Positions 20,534 to 30,415 of a stretch of 64,000 nucleotides of DNA are shown here, piece after piece. The stretch is taken from positions 64,001 to 128,000 of the forward strand of contig CBDCNQ010000004.1 of NCBI GenBank assembly GCA_965219445.1. The letters run 5' to 3'. The first letter of the stretch is position 1, and each line of letters starts with the position of its first letter. Source of the DNA: Longimicrobiales bacterium. Lineage in GTDB: Bacteria; Gemmatimonadota; Gemmatimonadetes; Longimicrobiales; Gaopeijiaceae. The notes beneath the pieces were generated by a model. That model did not search any database. It was given only the letters and a program-made list of their open reading frames with translations, and was not told where the DNA came from. The position numbers were made by a program, and so were the translations under genes.

Positions 20534-21310
20534 CTACCCGCGAATCGTCCTCCCCGCCAGGGCGAGGCCGAAGAGCGTGAGGAAGGGTTCGATGTGGTCG
20601 ACGGTCTCGGCGTGGGGGCCCACGATCGTGGCGTATCCGCCCGTCGCGACCACATAGACGTCTTCCCGCTCCCACTCCTTCAGGATCCGCCGAACGATCC
20701 CATCCACGGCATCGACCGCCGAGAAGAATACGCCGCTTTGGATGCATGCCTCAGTGCGTCGACCGATCACGCTCTCAGGCGGTGTCAGCTCGACCCGAGG
20801 GAGTTTGGCGGTCTTCCTACCGAGCCATTCGAGCCCGGACTGAAGACCCTGGGCGATCACACCGCCGACGAAGACGCCATCGGCGGTGATGCAGTCGAAC
20901 GTGGTGGCGGTCCCGAGGTCGACGGCGATCGTGTCCCGTCCATACATCTCCTTGGCCGCGAGCGTGTTTACGATGCGGTCGGCACCGACAGTGAGCGGCT
21001 CATCGACGTCCAGCTGAATCGGCAACGGGCTCCGCGCGTCTACCACGATGGGCGACTCTCCCACCATCTGCTCGAGTGTATCTGCGAGGATTCGCGTCGT
21101 AGAGGGCACGACCGAACCTAGGACGGCCATCGTCAGGTCGTCGGGGGAAATTCCGCCGGAGCTCAGTAGTGAGCGCAGCAGGAGCCCGTATTCATCGGAC
21201 GTGCGGGGAATCGGCGTGCTCAACCGCCAGTTGGCGCGCAGATCCAGTGTTCCGGGATCCACGACACCGAGCACGGTCTCGCTGTTTCCCACATCGATGA
21301 CGAACTCCAT
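20534..21310 (-). CDS. coaX: Type III pantothenate kinase
   Basis: IDVGNSET, SVVP, VGADRIVN, VDLGTATTFD, VATGG. Confidence 0.95.
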   Translation of the reverse strand: MEFVIDVGNSETVLGVVDPGTLDLRANWRLSTPIPRTSDEYGLLLRSLLSSGGISPDDLTMAVLGSVVPSTTRILADTLEQMVGESPIVVDARSPLPIQLDVDEPLTVGADRIVNTLAAKEMYGRDTIAVDLGTATTFDCITADGVFVGGVIAQGLQSGLEWLGRKTAKLPRVELTPPESVIGRRTEACIQSGVFFSAVDAVDGIVRRILKEWEREDVYVVATGGYATIVGPHAETVDHIEPFLTLFGLALAGRTIRG

Positions 21311-21351
21311 GTCACGCTCCTCCACGCCGATTCATTTTTCCTAGACTCGGT

Positions 21352-22203
21352 TCACTTGGACCCCGGTCCCGTACCTCTCCCGGTCTCGACCGCCGTCACA
21401 CCCCCCGCTCGAATCTCCTCGACTCGGTCCCCGACCTCGACCAAGAGCGCCCCGTCCGCCCCGATGCCGATGGCCTTCCCTGCGATCCCCAACTCGGTTT
21501 GCACCGTTCGGCCCGTCAAGGTATCGCGCTCTCGGACCTCCCGCCTCAACGGCTCGTCGAGCAGGGCCAGGGGTGGATCCACTAGGGAACGCGCGGATGA
21601 CAGGAGCTCACCGGCGACCCTCGATCGACTCACGCCCCTGCACCCGGCCATGTCCATCGACGCTGCACGTTCCTTCAAGTCGGGACTGAAGTCCTCGATC
21701 CCCTGCCGAAGGTTGAGACCGACCCCGACAACGACCACTCCGGTCCCCGCACCTTCGCAAAGGATTCCGCCGAGTTTTCGGCCCTCAACCTCGATGTCGT
21801 TCGGCCATTTGATCCCTGGCCGTAGCGACGGACAGAGCCGCTCAAGGGCGCGGCTGGCGGCCAAGCCCACGAGGATCGGGATGAGCGTCGGGGAAACGTC
21901 CGACTCACCCCGCACGAGAAAGGAGATCCACAGGCCCATCCCCCCCGGGGACTCCCAGCGCTTTCCGCCACGTCCCTTCCCCGCGGTCTGGGAGTCGGCG
22001 GTCACCACCGTGAAGTGGGCGGCGCCAGCCTCCGCCAGAGCGCGCAGACGATCGTTGGTGGAGGGAAGCTCCTCGTAGGCCTCAACGTGCGGAACGCCCC
22101 AGCGGCGCGCCCACTCCTCGACCGGTTTGCCCTCCCAGCGTTCGAGGGCGCCAGGAACTCTGGGACCTCCGGGCGCGGTGATCCCCCGCACGGGCCGAGT
22201 CAC
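21352..22203 (-). CDS. birA: Biotin--[acetyl-CoA carboxylase] ligase (no HTH)
   Basis: STND, QTAGKGRGGKRWES, IKWPND, KLGGIL.E; start approximate (GTG just after the uppP stop). Confidence 0.9.
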   Translation of the reverse strand: MTRPVRGITAPGGPRVPGALERWEGKPVEEWARRWGVPHVEAYEELPSTNDRLRALAEAGAAHFTVVTADSQTAGKGRGGKRWESPGGMGLWISFLVRGESDVSPTLIPILVGLAASRALERLCPSLRPGIKWPNDIEVEGRKLGGILCEGAGTGVVVVGVGLNLRQGIEDFSPDLKERAASMDMAGCRGVSRSRVAGELLSSARSLVDPPLALLDEPLRREVRERDTLTGRTVQTELGIAGKAIGIGADGALLVEVGDRVEEIRAGGVTAVETGRGTGPGSK

Positions 22204-22204
22204 T

Positions 22205-22993
22205 TTACCCGACCGTGACAAGGTAGATGAGGAAGGCAGTCCCAAGGGCCCAGCAGTAAATGGCAAAGCGGTGGAAGGTCTTGCGCAGCAACAGAGCCAC
22301 GAAGGCCTTGATCGCCAATACTCCAGTGACGGCAGCCACGATGGAGCCCGAGGCCAGAGCCGTGCCCGAGAGGGTCAGCCCCTGCGATGCGAGCTCCGGA
22401 ACCTGGAACACTGCAGCCCCCGCGATCGCCGGGATTGCCATGAGGAAGGAAAATGCGGCGGCCTCTTCGGCGGCTATCCCGAGCCACAGCGCCATCGCCA
22501 CTGTCGTCCCCGAACGGGAGATGCCGGGCACCAGAGCGAACGCCTGGGCGAGGCCAATCAAGAGGGCCATGGCCCAGGTTGGTGACTTCCAGACCTCCCG
22601 CCCGAGCACCCGGCGCGTGCTCCACAGGATCGCGCCGGTCACGAAGAAGGCGGTCGCCGGAACGAACGGACTCTCGAACAACCCCTCGATTGCGTCCCCG
22701 AAAAAAACGCCGACGATCCCCGCAGGAAGCGTTGCGAGGGCGAGCAGCCCGACGTAACGCCAAGCTTTTCCGTCTCGCCGAAGCGTACCGTACAACAAGT
22801 CGACGAGACGGCCCCGATACATCACGAGCACGGAAATCAGCGTGGCCACATGTACGGCGACCTCGAACTGCACGCCCCGAATTTCCAAGCCGAGCAGCGT
22901 CTGGCCGACCACCAGGTGCCCGGAGCTCGAAATCGGTAGGAATTCGGTCGCTCCCTGGAGAGCCCCGAGGAGGACCGCTTCCCAAACGCTCAC
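22205..22993 (-). CDS. uppP: Undecaprenyl-diphosphate phosphatase (BacA)
   Basis: QGATEFLPISSSGHL and PGISRSGTT motifs; polytopic membrane protein. Confidence 0.96.
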   Translation of the reverse strand: MSVWEAVLLGALQGATEFLPISSSGHLVVGQTLLGLEIRGVQFEVAVHVATLISVLVMYRGRLVDLLYGTLRRDGKAWRYVGLLALATLPAGIVGVFFGDAIEGLFESPFVPATAFFVTGAILWSTRRVLGREVWKSPTWAMALLIGLAQAFALVPGISRSGTTVAMALWLGIAAEEAAAFSFLMAIPAIAGAAVFQVPELASQGLTLSGTALASGSIVAAVTGVLAIKAFVALLLRKTFHRFAIYCWALGTAFLIYLVTVG

Positions 22994-24153
22994 CCGCGCG
23001 AGTCCAGTTTGAGCCGGTGCGTTTCGATGACGCGCCGGCAGTATTCCTCGTACACGGGCACCACGCGCTCCGCCGAAAAACGCTCGACGGCCACAGCACG
23101 GCCTGCCTCACTAAACGCCTTCCACCGGTCCGGGTCACTCAGGAGCTCCATGGCCCCAGCCGTCATGCCGTCCACGTCACCGGGCTCGAGGAGGTATCCG
23201 GCTTCGGCGTGTGGCACGACTTCGGGCAAGCCGCCCACGTTCGACGCCACGACCGGCGCGCCGGAGGCCATCGCTTCCAGTGCGGCGAGGCCGAAGGATT
23301 CGGACTCGCTCGGCAACAGAAACAGGTCGGCGCACGGCAGGAGCTCCTCTACCGCGCCGTGCTTGCCCAGGAAGGACACACGCTCCTCCACGCCGAGGGC
23401 CTGCGCCGCCTCGATGGCACGAGGCCGCTCGGGTCCATCGCCGATCATGATCAAGCGGGCAGGCATCCGTTCGGCCACGCCGGCAAACACCTTCACCACG
23501 TCCCAAACGCGTTTCACGGGCCGGAAGTTCGAGACGTGCATGATGATTTTCTCCCCCGGCTCGGCGAGCGTATCACGGCGGCAGGGCTCTTTGCCGGGCT
23601 CATATACGTCCGTGTCGAGAAAGTTCGGGATCACCTCGATGGCATCCGCCGCCACACCGAAGTCACGGACGGTCTCGTCCTTGAGGAAGTGAGACACGCT
23701 GGTGATCCCCTCCGACCGGAGGATCGAAAAACGAGTGATCGCCTGGAAAGACGGGTGGATCCCCACCAACGTGATGTCCGTGCCGTGAAGGGTGGTCACT
23801 ACCGGTGGCCCCTCGATACCGAGCATCTGTTGAGCGATCCAGGCCGACGTGGCGTGGGGAATCGCGTAATGAACGTGGATCAGGTCCAGGTCGTAGGTGA
23901 GCGCGGCGTCGTGCAGCGCGACCGCGAGAGCCAACGTGTACGGAGGATGCTCAAAAAGGGGATACTGCTCCATCTCCACTTCGTGGAAAAACACCCGCTC
24001 GTGAAAATGTCCCAGGCGGAAGGGCTGGGCGTAGGACACGAAGTGGACCTCGTGGCCCCGCTCAGCGAGCTCTATACCCAGCGCCGTGGCCACGGCACCG
24101 GAGCCACCGTACGTCGGATAACACGTCACCCCGATTTTCATGCGATCATTCAC
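22990..24153 (-). CDS. bshA: N-acetyl-alpha-D-glucosaminyl L-malate synthase (bacillithiol biosynthesis, GT4)
   Basis: KIGVTCYPTYGGSGAVAT, HVHYAIPHA, TTLHGTDITLVG, HVSNFRPVKR, ESFGLAALEAM. Confidence 0.92.
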   Translation of the reverse strand: MNDRMKIGVTCYPTYGGSGAVATALGIELAERGHEVHFVSYAQPFRLGHFHERVFFHEVEMEQYPLFEHPPYTLALAVALHDAALTYDLDLIHVHYAIPHATSAWIAQQMLGIEGPPVVTTLHGTDITLVGIHPSFQAITRFSILRSEGITSVSHFLKDETVRDFGVAADAIEVIPNFLDTDVYEPGKEPCRRDTLAEPGEKIIMHVSNFRPVKRVWDVVKVFAGVAERMPARLIMIGDGPERPRAIEAAQALGVEERVSFLGKHGAVEELLPCADLFLLPSESESFGLAALEAMASGAPVVASNVGGLPEVVPHAEAGYLLEPGDVDGMTAGAMELLSDPDRWKAFSEAGRAVAVERFSAERVVPVYEEYCRRVIETHRLKLDSRG

Positions 24154-24162
24154 CCTTCCCGT

Positions 24163-24213
24163 CGTGATCCGTCTATCGCTCAGGCCGTGATTCGTCTATC
24201 GGTCAGGCCGTGA
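24163..24213. repeat. 23-bp tandem repeat (about 2.2 copies) in the miaA-bshA intergenic region
   Basis: cgtgatccgtctatcgctcaggc / cgtgattcgtctatcggtcaggc / cgtga. Confidence 0.85.
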
Positions 24214-25155
24214 CTAGTCCATTGCACGTGCTCTGGTCTGCCAGGCCGCCACCACCCCGGCCACCTGCGTGTCCAAGGTTTGGGAAGTATCGACGTGCAT
24301 CGTGTCTTCCGGTAGTTGGTGCCGGAACCATGTGAGCTGCCGGCGCGCGTACTGTCTCGTTTGAGACCGCATCCGGTCGAGGGCCTCCTCCAGCGTCATG
24401 TCCCCGCAGAGGTGAGCGGTGACTTCCCGGTAACCCGTGCCACTCATCCCCGGATCGTCGGGCCCATACCCCTTCTCCAGCAAGCCCCTCACCTCATCGA
24501 CCAGCCCGTCGACCACCATCCGGGCTACCCGCGCGTCGATGCGCCGGTCCAGCTCCTCGCGGTCCCTGTCGAGTACGACGATCAGCCCGCTGAGGGACTC
24601 GTCGTCGGGCGTGCCCTTTGAGTGCCACCACGAGAGTGGGCGACCCGTGAGAAGCGCCACCTCGATGGTCCGGCCGAGACGCTGGGGACCTCCCTCACGG
24701 GCGAGATCCGTACGGTCGGAGTCCAGCGCCCCGACCCAGCGCTCCAATTCGGTCCTGGACCGCGTGGCCATGAAGCCGCGAAGAGCGTCCAGACGCGCCG
24801 CATCGATGTCCGGTTGCTCGAAGATCGGATCCGTCAGGGACCGCAGAAACAGACCCGTGCCCCCGACCAAGAGAGGAACGCGCCCTCGCTCGGAGATCTC
24901 TTGGATCCAGCGGCGGGCATCCCGGCCGAACTGCCCGGCGCTATAGAACTCGTCGGGGTCGCGGAGATCGAGGCCGTGGTGGGGCACTCGGTCTCGGTGT
25001 GCCGTCGAAACCTTGTCCGTGCCGATGTCCATCCCCCGGTAGATCTGTCGGGAGTCCATGCAAATGATTTCGCCGTCCAGAGCCTCCGCGACCGCGATCG
25101 AGAGCTGCGTCTTCCCGGAGGTCGTCGGCCCCGTGATCGCCAGGAAGTCTCTCAC
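24214..25155 (-). CDS. miaA: tRNA dimethylallyltransferase
   Basis: GPTTSGKT, DSRQIYRGMDIGTDK, VGGTGLF, TRQYARRQLTWFR; GTG start overlapping the mutL stop. Confidence 0.95.
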   Translation of the reverse strand: MRDFLAITGPTTSGKTQLSIAVAEALDGEIICMDSRQIYRGMDIGTDKVSTAHRDRVPHHGLDLRDPDEFYSAGQFGRDARRWIQEISERGRVPLLVGGTGLFLRSLTDPIFEQPDIDAARLDALRGFMATRSRTELERWVGALDSDRTDLAREGGPQRLGRTIEVALLTGRPLSWWHSKGTPDDESLSGLIVVLDRDREELDRRIDARVARMVVDGLVDEVRGLLEKGYGPDDPGMSGTGYREVTAHLCGDMTLEEALDRMRSQTRQYARRQLTWFRHQLPEDTMHVDTSQTLDTQVAGVVAAWQTRARAMD

Positions 25156-26873
25156 CGCCCGAATTTCCTCTCCAGCTCGCTCTTGCTCAGGCGGACGATG
25201 GTCGGGCGGCCATGCACGTCGTGGTATGGCAGCTCGGTGGCGAAAAGCTGGTCGCACAGGTCCTGCATCTCACCCTCACTCAACGCCTGGCCGGCCTTGA
25301 TCGCCCCCTTGCAGGCGAAAGTCATGGCAATCTTCTCGTGCTGATTCTTGGCGGAGCGGGTGAGATCCGATCCCTCGACCAGGTCGTCGATCATCTCGCG
25401 GAGGCATCGCTCCGGATCGAAGTAGGGATGTGGATCAGGAACGGCTTGGACGATGATCGTGTTGCCGCCGAAGCCCTCGATCTCAAAGCCCACGCGGTTG
25501 AGGATGCCGCTCAGGGCCTCCACCTGCTCGTACTCGCCCTTGGAGAGGCGAATGGTGAGCGGGAAGAGGAGCCTTTGGCCGGTCTGCCCGCTCTCCTCGA
25601 AGGCGCGGCTCAGGCGTTCGAACAGGATTCGCTCATGGGCCGAGTGCTGGTCGATGATGATCAGACCCTCGCGCGTCTCCGCTAGGACATAGGTGTTCAG
25701 GACCTGCCAGAGGCGGGGCCGCTCCTCGACCACAGGGATAGGCTCGACAGCCGCGTCCGCAGAAAGAAACAGGGCGGTCTGCCTCTCCGCGTCGGACTTG
25801 TCGGCGCGTGGAGGACTCGGCTCACGGACCACGAGCCGGGGCGACTCCAGCTGTGTGTCCAAGGTGGCCGCACTCGCCTCCGACGTGAGAGCCGCCCGAA
25901 CCGCTTCCTCGACCAAGGACTCCACCGCCGCGGCGTCCCGAAAACGCACCTCGGCTTTGGCGGGATGCACGTTCATGTCCACGGTGCCGGTTGGCATGTG
26001 CAGGTAGAGGAACGCCCACGGCCGGACCCTCTCCGGAATCGTAGTGCGATACCCGCGATCCACGGCCGCGAGCAGTGGACGGCTGCGAAACGGTCTCCCA
26101 TTCACAAAGAGGTGAGCCCGCCGAAATCCGCTCTTGGCCGCATCTGGCCGTTGGATCAGACCACGTACCTGGATGCCGTCGGGGGCGGTGGAGAGAGCGA
26201 TCAGCGTGTTGGCCGCTTCCCTCCCCCAGAGTGTCGCTACGCGCGCCGTCAAATCCGCAGCCGGAGGCAGCTCGAGCAGGATCCGTCCGCCGGAAGTGAG
26301 GCCAAAGCCGACCGACGCGTTCGCAAGAGAGAGAACGCTCACGACGTCACTCACGGCGCGAGCCTCCGCCCCGACCGCCTTCAAGAACTTCGACCGGGCA
26401 GGTGCGTTGAAGAACACATTGGAAACCTCGACGGTCGTGCCCCGCCTTCGAGAAACGTCATCCACGCCCGTGATCGTCCCACCCTTGACGCGAACCCGGG
26501 TGCCCAGCGGGTCTGACGCTCCCCTCGTCTCGAGCGTCATGCGCGACACCGCGGCGATGGAGGGGAGCGCTTCTCCCCGAAAGCCGAAGGTCCCCACCGA
26601 TTGCAGGTCCGTGGCAGCGCGGATCTTGCTGGTGGCATGCCTGTCAAGAGAGAGAAGCGAGTCCTCCCGGCCCATGCCGACCCCATTATCGGTCACGCGG
26701 ATGCGTCCCTTTCCACCGCGCTCGATGTCGATGTCGATGCGCGTCGCCCCGGCGTCCAGGGCGTTCTCGATCAGTTCCTTTACGACAGACGCGGGCCGCT
26801 CCACTACCTCGCCGGCGGCGATCTGGTTTGCCACCAGATCCGGAAGGACCTCAATCGTGCGCGGCATATTCAA
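25152..26873 (-). CDS. mutL: DNA mismatch repair protein MutL
   Basis: NQIAAGEVVERPASVVKEL.EN, GFRGEAL, NVHPAK, endonuclease motif DQHSAHERILFE, HGRP. Confidence 0.97.
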   Translation of the reverse strand: MNMPRTIEVLPDLVANQIAAGEVVERPASVVKELIENALDAGATRIDIDIERGGKGRIRVTDNGVGMGREDSLLSLDRHATSKIRAATDLQSVGTFGFRGEALPSIAAVSRMTLETRGASDPLGTRVRVKGGTITGVDDVSRRRGTTVEVSNVFFNAPARSKFLKAVGAEARAVSDVVSVLSLANASVGFGLTSGGRILLELPPAADLTARVATLWGREAANTLIALSTAPDGIQVRGLIQRPDAAKSGFRRAHLFVNGRPFRSRPLLAAVDRGYRTTIPERVRPWAFLYLHMPTGTVDMNVHPAKAEVRFRDAAAVESLVEEAVRAALTSEASAATLDTQLESPRLVVREPSPPRADKSDAERQTALFLSADAAVEPIPVVEERPRLWQVLNTYVLAETREGLIIIDQHSAHERILFERLSRAFEESGQTGQRLLFPLTIRLSKGEYEQVEALSGILNRVGFEIEGFGGNTIIVQAVPDPHPYFDPERCLREMIDDLVEGSDLTRSAKNQHEKIAMTFACKGAIKAGQALSEGEMQDLCDQLFATELPYHDVHGRPTIVRLSKSELERKFGR

Positions 26874-27634
26874 GACCGGAGTGCGTAAAAACGTTCGGCG
26901 TTCTCCGCCGTGGCTTCGGCAACAGCTCCAACATCCTCGCTCCGGATGTCGGCCAGCGCCGCCACCACATGCGTAACGAAGGCTGGCTCATTCCGCTTTC
27001 CCCGACGCGGAACCGGCGCCAGGTATGGCGCGTCCGTCTCGGCCAGCAAGCGGTCGCCCGGGACGGCCCGGACGGTGTCCTGACCGTCGAACTTGGAGAA
27101 TGTAATGATCCCCGCAAACGACACGTAGCAACCCTCCTCCAGCCCCACCTCCAACAGCTCCATGCTTCCCGTATAGCAGTGGAGCACCTTGCGAACCGAT
27201 GCAGGAGCGTTCCGGAGAACCGCAATCGTATCGTCTTCCGCTTCCCGCGTGTGAATCACGACCGGAAGATCGAGGTCGGCAGCGGCCTCCAGTTGTGCCT
27301 CGAACCATCGCCTCTGGAGTGGGCGAGGTGAGTGATCATGGAAGTAGTCCAGGCCGGTCTCGCCGATGGCGACGACTTCCGCGTGCGTGGCGGCGAGCTC
27401 CTGGACGGCCGCGAGGTCGCCGTCCCCGGCTTCAGAGACTTCGTGCGGATGGATGCCCGCCGTCGACCAGAGCGCCGGGTGACCCCCCGCCAGGTCCGCC
27501 GCGGCCCTGGCATCCCCGAGATTCGAAGCAACCGTGACTATCCGGGTGACGCCCGCATCCAGAGCCGCGTCGAGAACGGCCGCCCGATCTTCATCGAAGC
27601 GGCCGTCCGTGAGATGGCAGTGACTGTCGAACAC
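26870..27634 (-). CDS. tatD: TatD family nuclease
   Basis: DSHCH, GIHPH, IGETGLDY, HTREA, ETDAPYL, NEPA. Confidence 0.93.
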   Translation of the reverse strand: MFDSHCHLTDGRFDEDRAAVLDAALDAGVTRIVTVASNLGDARAAADLAGGHPALWSTAGIHPHEVSEAGDGDLAAVQELAATHAEVVAIGETGLDYFHDHSPRPLQRRWFEAQLEAAADLDLPVVIHTREAEDDTIAVLRNAPASVRKVLHCYTGSMELLEVGLEEGCYVSFAGIITFSKFDGQDTVRAVPGDRLLAETDAPYLAPVPRRGKRNEPAFVTHVVAALADIRSEDVGAVAEATAENAERFYALRS

Positions 27635-27642
27635 CGGCCGAG

Positions 27643-28602
27643 CTAAACGGTCGCCGGAGCCCCGCGCTTCTTGCGCCGCTCGCGGCCCGCAGAACCATCG
27701 CCGAACCGCTTCTGGATCTCCAGCAGGGCCGGCGAAGCCACGAAAATGGAAGAATATGTCCCGATCGTGACGCCCAGCATCAACACCATAGTGAAGTCGC
27801 GGATCACTGCGCCTCCCACGGCCAGCAGAGCCCCCAGGACCGCGAGCGTCGTCCCGGACGTGAGCACCGTCCGCGGAAGTGTCTCGTTGATCGAGCGGTT
27901 CACAAGTTCCATCGGGTCCTGCCGCCTGCCGCCCTTGGCGTTGAGATTCTCTCGCACGCGATCGAATACGACGATGGTGTCGTTGAGTGAATACCCGACG
28001 ATCGTCAGGATGGCCGCTACCGTGGGCAACGCGATCTCGACCCTGAATAACGCCAGGAAGCCGAGTGTGATCAGAATGTCGTGCACCGTCGCGATCACGG
28101 CAGCCATGCCGAAGCGAAGCTCGAATCTCATCGCGATGTAAATCAAGGTCAGGGCAAAGGAGAACAAAATGGCCAGGGCCGCGTTCCGCTCCAGCTCGGC
28201 TCCGATCTTCGGTCCCACTGTCTCGGTCCGCACGATGGTGAAAACGTCACTCCCGAACGCGGTCGCGAGTTGACCCTCGAAGCTCGCCCTTATCGTCTCC
28301 ACGCTCTCCGTCCCGAGCGGTGCGCGGATCGTAAACTCGTTCTCCTCTCCGAAGCGCGTGATGGGGGGCGCCTGCGAGCCACCGAGAGCCGTCCTCAGCT
28401 CCGCGGCCGTGGTGGGCTGGTGGAATTCCACCTGAATCAGCGAGCCGCCCGTGAAGTCCACCCCGTAGTTCTGCCAACTTCCGAGGCTGACCAGGTTGGA
28501 GATCACCGCCCCGAACCCGACGAGAATCAGCATAGAGGAAAACCCGTATGCCCACCGGCGCTTTTCGATGAAGGTGAACTCGGCTTTGTCGAACAGTCTC
28601 AT
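27643..28602 (-). CDS. secF: Protein translocase subunit SecF
   Basis: GVDFTGG, VGPKIG.EL, HDILITL, GYSLNDTIVVFDRVRE. Confidence 0.96.
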   Translation of the reverse strand: MRLFDKAEFTFIEKRRWAYGFSSMLILVGFGAVISNLVSLGSWQNYGVDFTGGSLIQVEFHQPTTAAELRTALGGSQAPPITRFGEENEFTIRAPLGTESVETIRASFEGQLATAFGSDVFTIVRTETVGPKIGAELERNAALAILFSFALTLIYIAMRFELRFGMAAVIATVHDILITLGFLALFRVEIALPTVAAILTIVGYSLNDTIVVFDRVRENLNAKGGRRQDPMELVNRSINETLPRTVLTSGTTLAVLGALLAVGGAVIRDFTMVLMLGVTIGTYSSIFVASPALLEIQKRFGDGSAGRERRKKRGAPATV

Positions 28603-28612
28603 GGAATCCGTC

Positions 28613-30250
28613 TCAGATGCTGATCGGGTCTGATGCCTTCTTCCCCGACAGGTAGATGAGGAAGAGGGTTCGGGTCACGTACAGGGCCGAGAAGAACGAG
28701 GCCACGATCCCGATCGAAAGGGTTACCGCGAAGCCCTTCACGGGGCCCGTCCCAAACTGGAAGAGAATGAGCGCGGTGATGAGCGTCGTAATATTCGCGT
28801 CGACGATCGCGGACAACGCGTTCGCGAAACCCTCGTCCACCGCTGTCCGGGTAGCCCGTCCAAGATTCAACTCTTCACGGATCCGCTCGAAGATGAGTAC
28901 GTTCGCGTCCACGGCCATGCCGACAGACAGAATCAGACCTGCCATCCCCGGAAGCGTCAGCGTGAAGCCGAACCCCGCAAGAAGACCCAAGACCAAGGTG
29001 GCGTACACGCCCAGCGCCAATATGGCCAAGACCCCCGCCATGTGGTAGTAGAGAGCCATGATCAGGACCACGAAGACCATTCCGATGATGCCGGCGACCT
29101 GGCCCCGGTCAATGGAGTCTTGCCCGAGCGACGGTCCCACCGTCCGCTCCTCCATGATTTCCAGACGGGCGGGCAACGCACCCGCCCTGAGCACCAACGC
29201 GAGGTCGCCCGCCTCGACCATGTCGGCATTACCCATGTTTATGACGCCGGCGGCACCGATGCGATCTTGGACCACCGGCGCGCTCACGATCTCATCGTCG
29301 AGCACGATCGCGATGTAATCGCCGATATGCTGTGTGGTGAAGTTCGAAAAGCGCCGGCCTCCTGCCCTATTGAACTGGAAGGCCACCTGGGGCTGGTTGA
29401 ACTGCGGATCCCGCTGTGCTGTGGCCGTCTCCAGCATCTCTCCGGTCACGAACGGATCTTCTTCCGTGATCATTAGGCGGCGGTAGGTTCTCTGCCCGAG
29501 CCCGATCGGGACCACTTCCCAGTGGAGGGACGTATTCCTCGGAAGGGCTCGCTGCACTTCGGGCAACGCGAGGAATAGCTCGGCCACCTCAACGTCCTCG
29601 GTCCCTACCAGATAAGCGCCCTCGATGTCTCCCGAAGCAAGGAGCGACGTCAAGGGCCTGAGATTAACCGACTGATCCTCTTCTGGGGGTGCCTCTTCCA
29701 CCCCAGTGCTGTCCGCCTGGATGGAGTCCGTCGGAGTGGACTCAGCGCCCTGGCCGCCGAAAATGAGGTCCTGAATGTCCTGATTTGCGCCTTCCTCATC
29801 TCGACCGAGCGCCCGAATAGAGTCGACGCCCAACGCACCGACAATCTGGCGGTCGATCCGGGCAAGCGCAGACTCGAGCTCCGTGACCGGAAGCACGAGC
29901 TTGAACTCGAGGAACGCGGACTGCTGAATGAGGTCCTTCGCCCGACTCTCGTCGTCGAGTCCGATGCCCGGTAGCTCTACGATGATACGGTCGGATCCTA
30001 CCTTCTGGACGAGCGGCTCCTCAACGCCGAACTCGTCGATGCGGGTACGCAGGATGCGCTCGGCCCGATCGATGGCGTCGGCACGGGCCTCGGAGGTCAT
30101 CGTGCCCTCGGGATCGGCCACCTCGAGGACGAGGTGCATGCCACCCTGGAGATCCAGGCCGAGCTTGATCTCGTTGGCGACCAGATATCCTATGCTGGCC
30201 CCGACCAACGCGAGAATGACGATGATCCGGCCTCGTAGGGATGTGAACAT
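28613..30250 (-). CDS. secD: Protein translocase subunit SecD
   Basis: LGLDLQGG, RIDEFGVEEP, LRAGALP, VGPSLG, AVDANVLIFERIREE. Confidence 0.96.
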   Translation of the reverse strand: MFTSLRGRIIVILALVGASIGYLVANEIKLGLDLQGGMHLVLEVADPEGTMTSEARADAIDRAERILRTRIDEFGVEEPLVQKVGSDRIIVELPGIGLDDESRAKDLIQQSAFLEFKLVLPVTELESALARIDRQIVGALGVDSIRALGRDEEGANQDIQDLIFGGQGAESTPTDSIQADSTGVEEAPPEEDQSVNLRPLTSLLASGDIEGAYLVGTEDVEVAELFLALPEVQRALPRNTSLHWEVVPIGLGQRTYRRLMITEEDPFVTGEMLETATAQRDPQFNQPQVAFQFNRAGGRRFSNFTTQHIGDYIAIVLDDEIVSAPVVQDRIGAAGVINMGNADMVEAGDLALVLRAGALPARLEIMEERTVGPSLGQDSIDRGQVAGIIGMVFVVLIMALYYHMAGVLAILALGVYATLVLGLLAGFGFTLTLPGMAGLILSVGMAVDANVLIFERIREELNLGRATRTAVDEGFANALSAIVDANITTLITALILFQFGTGPVKGFAVTLSIGIVASFFSALYVTRTLFLIYLSGKKASDPISI

Positions 30251-30415
30251 CAGAGCGATCCGTCTCCGGTTATGGCCGTCTCAAAGCCCAGTAACCTCGC
30301 AGGGGCGGGGCACGCCTGTCAATCTACCGTTCCTGGCCTCGGAAGGTTCGGCACATGGGCTGTTACGCGGGCTGAGGAGGGGCGCGGAAGGGTGATTTCC
30401 GGATCCCGGAAAACC

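Noticed and set aside
24163..24213. CRISPR-like repeat
   Set aside because: Adjacent units without spacers, about two copies only, and no cas genes
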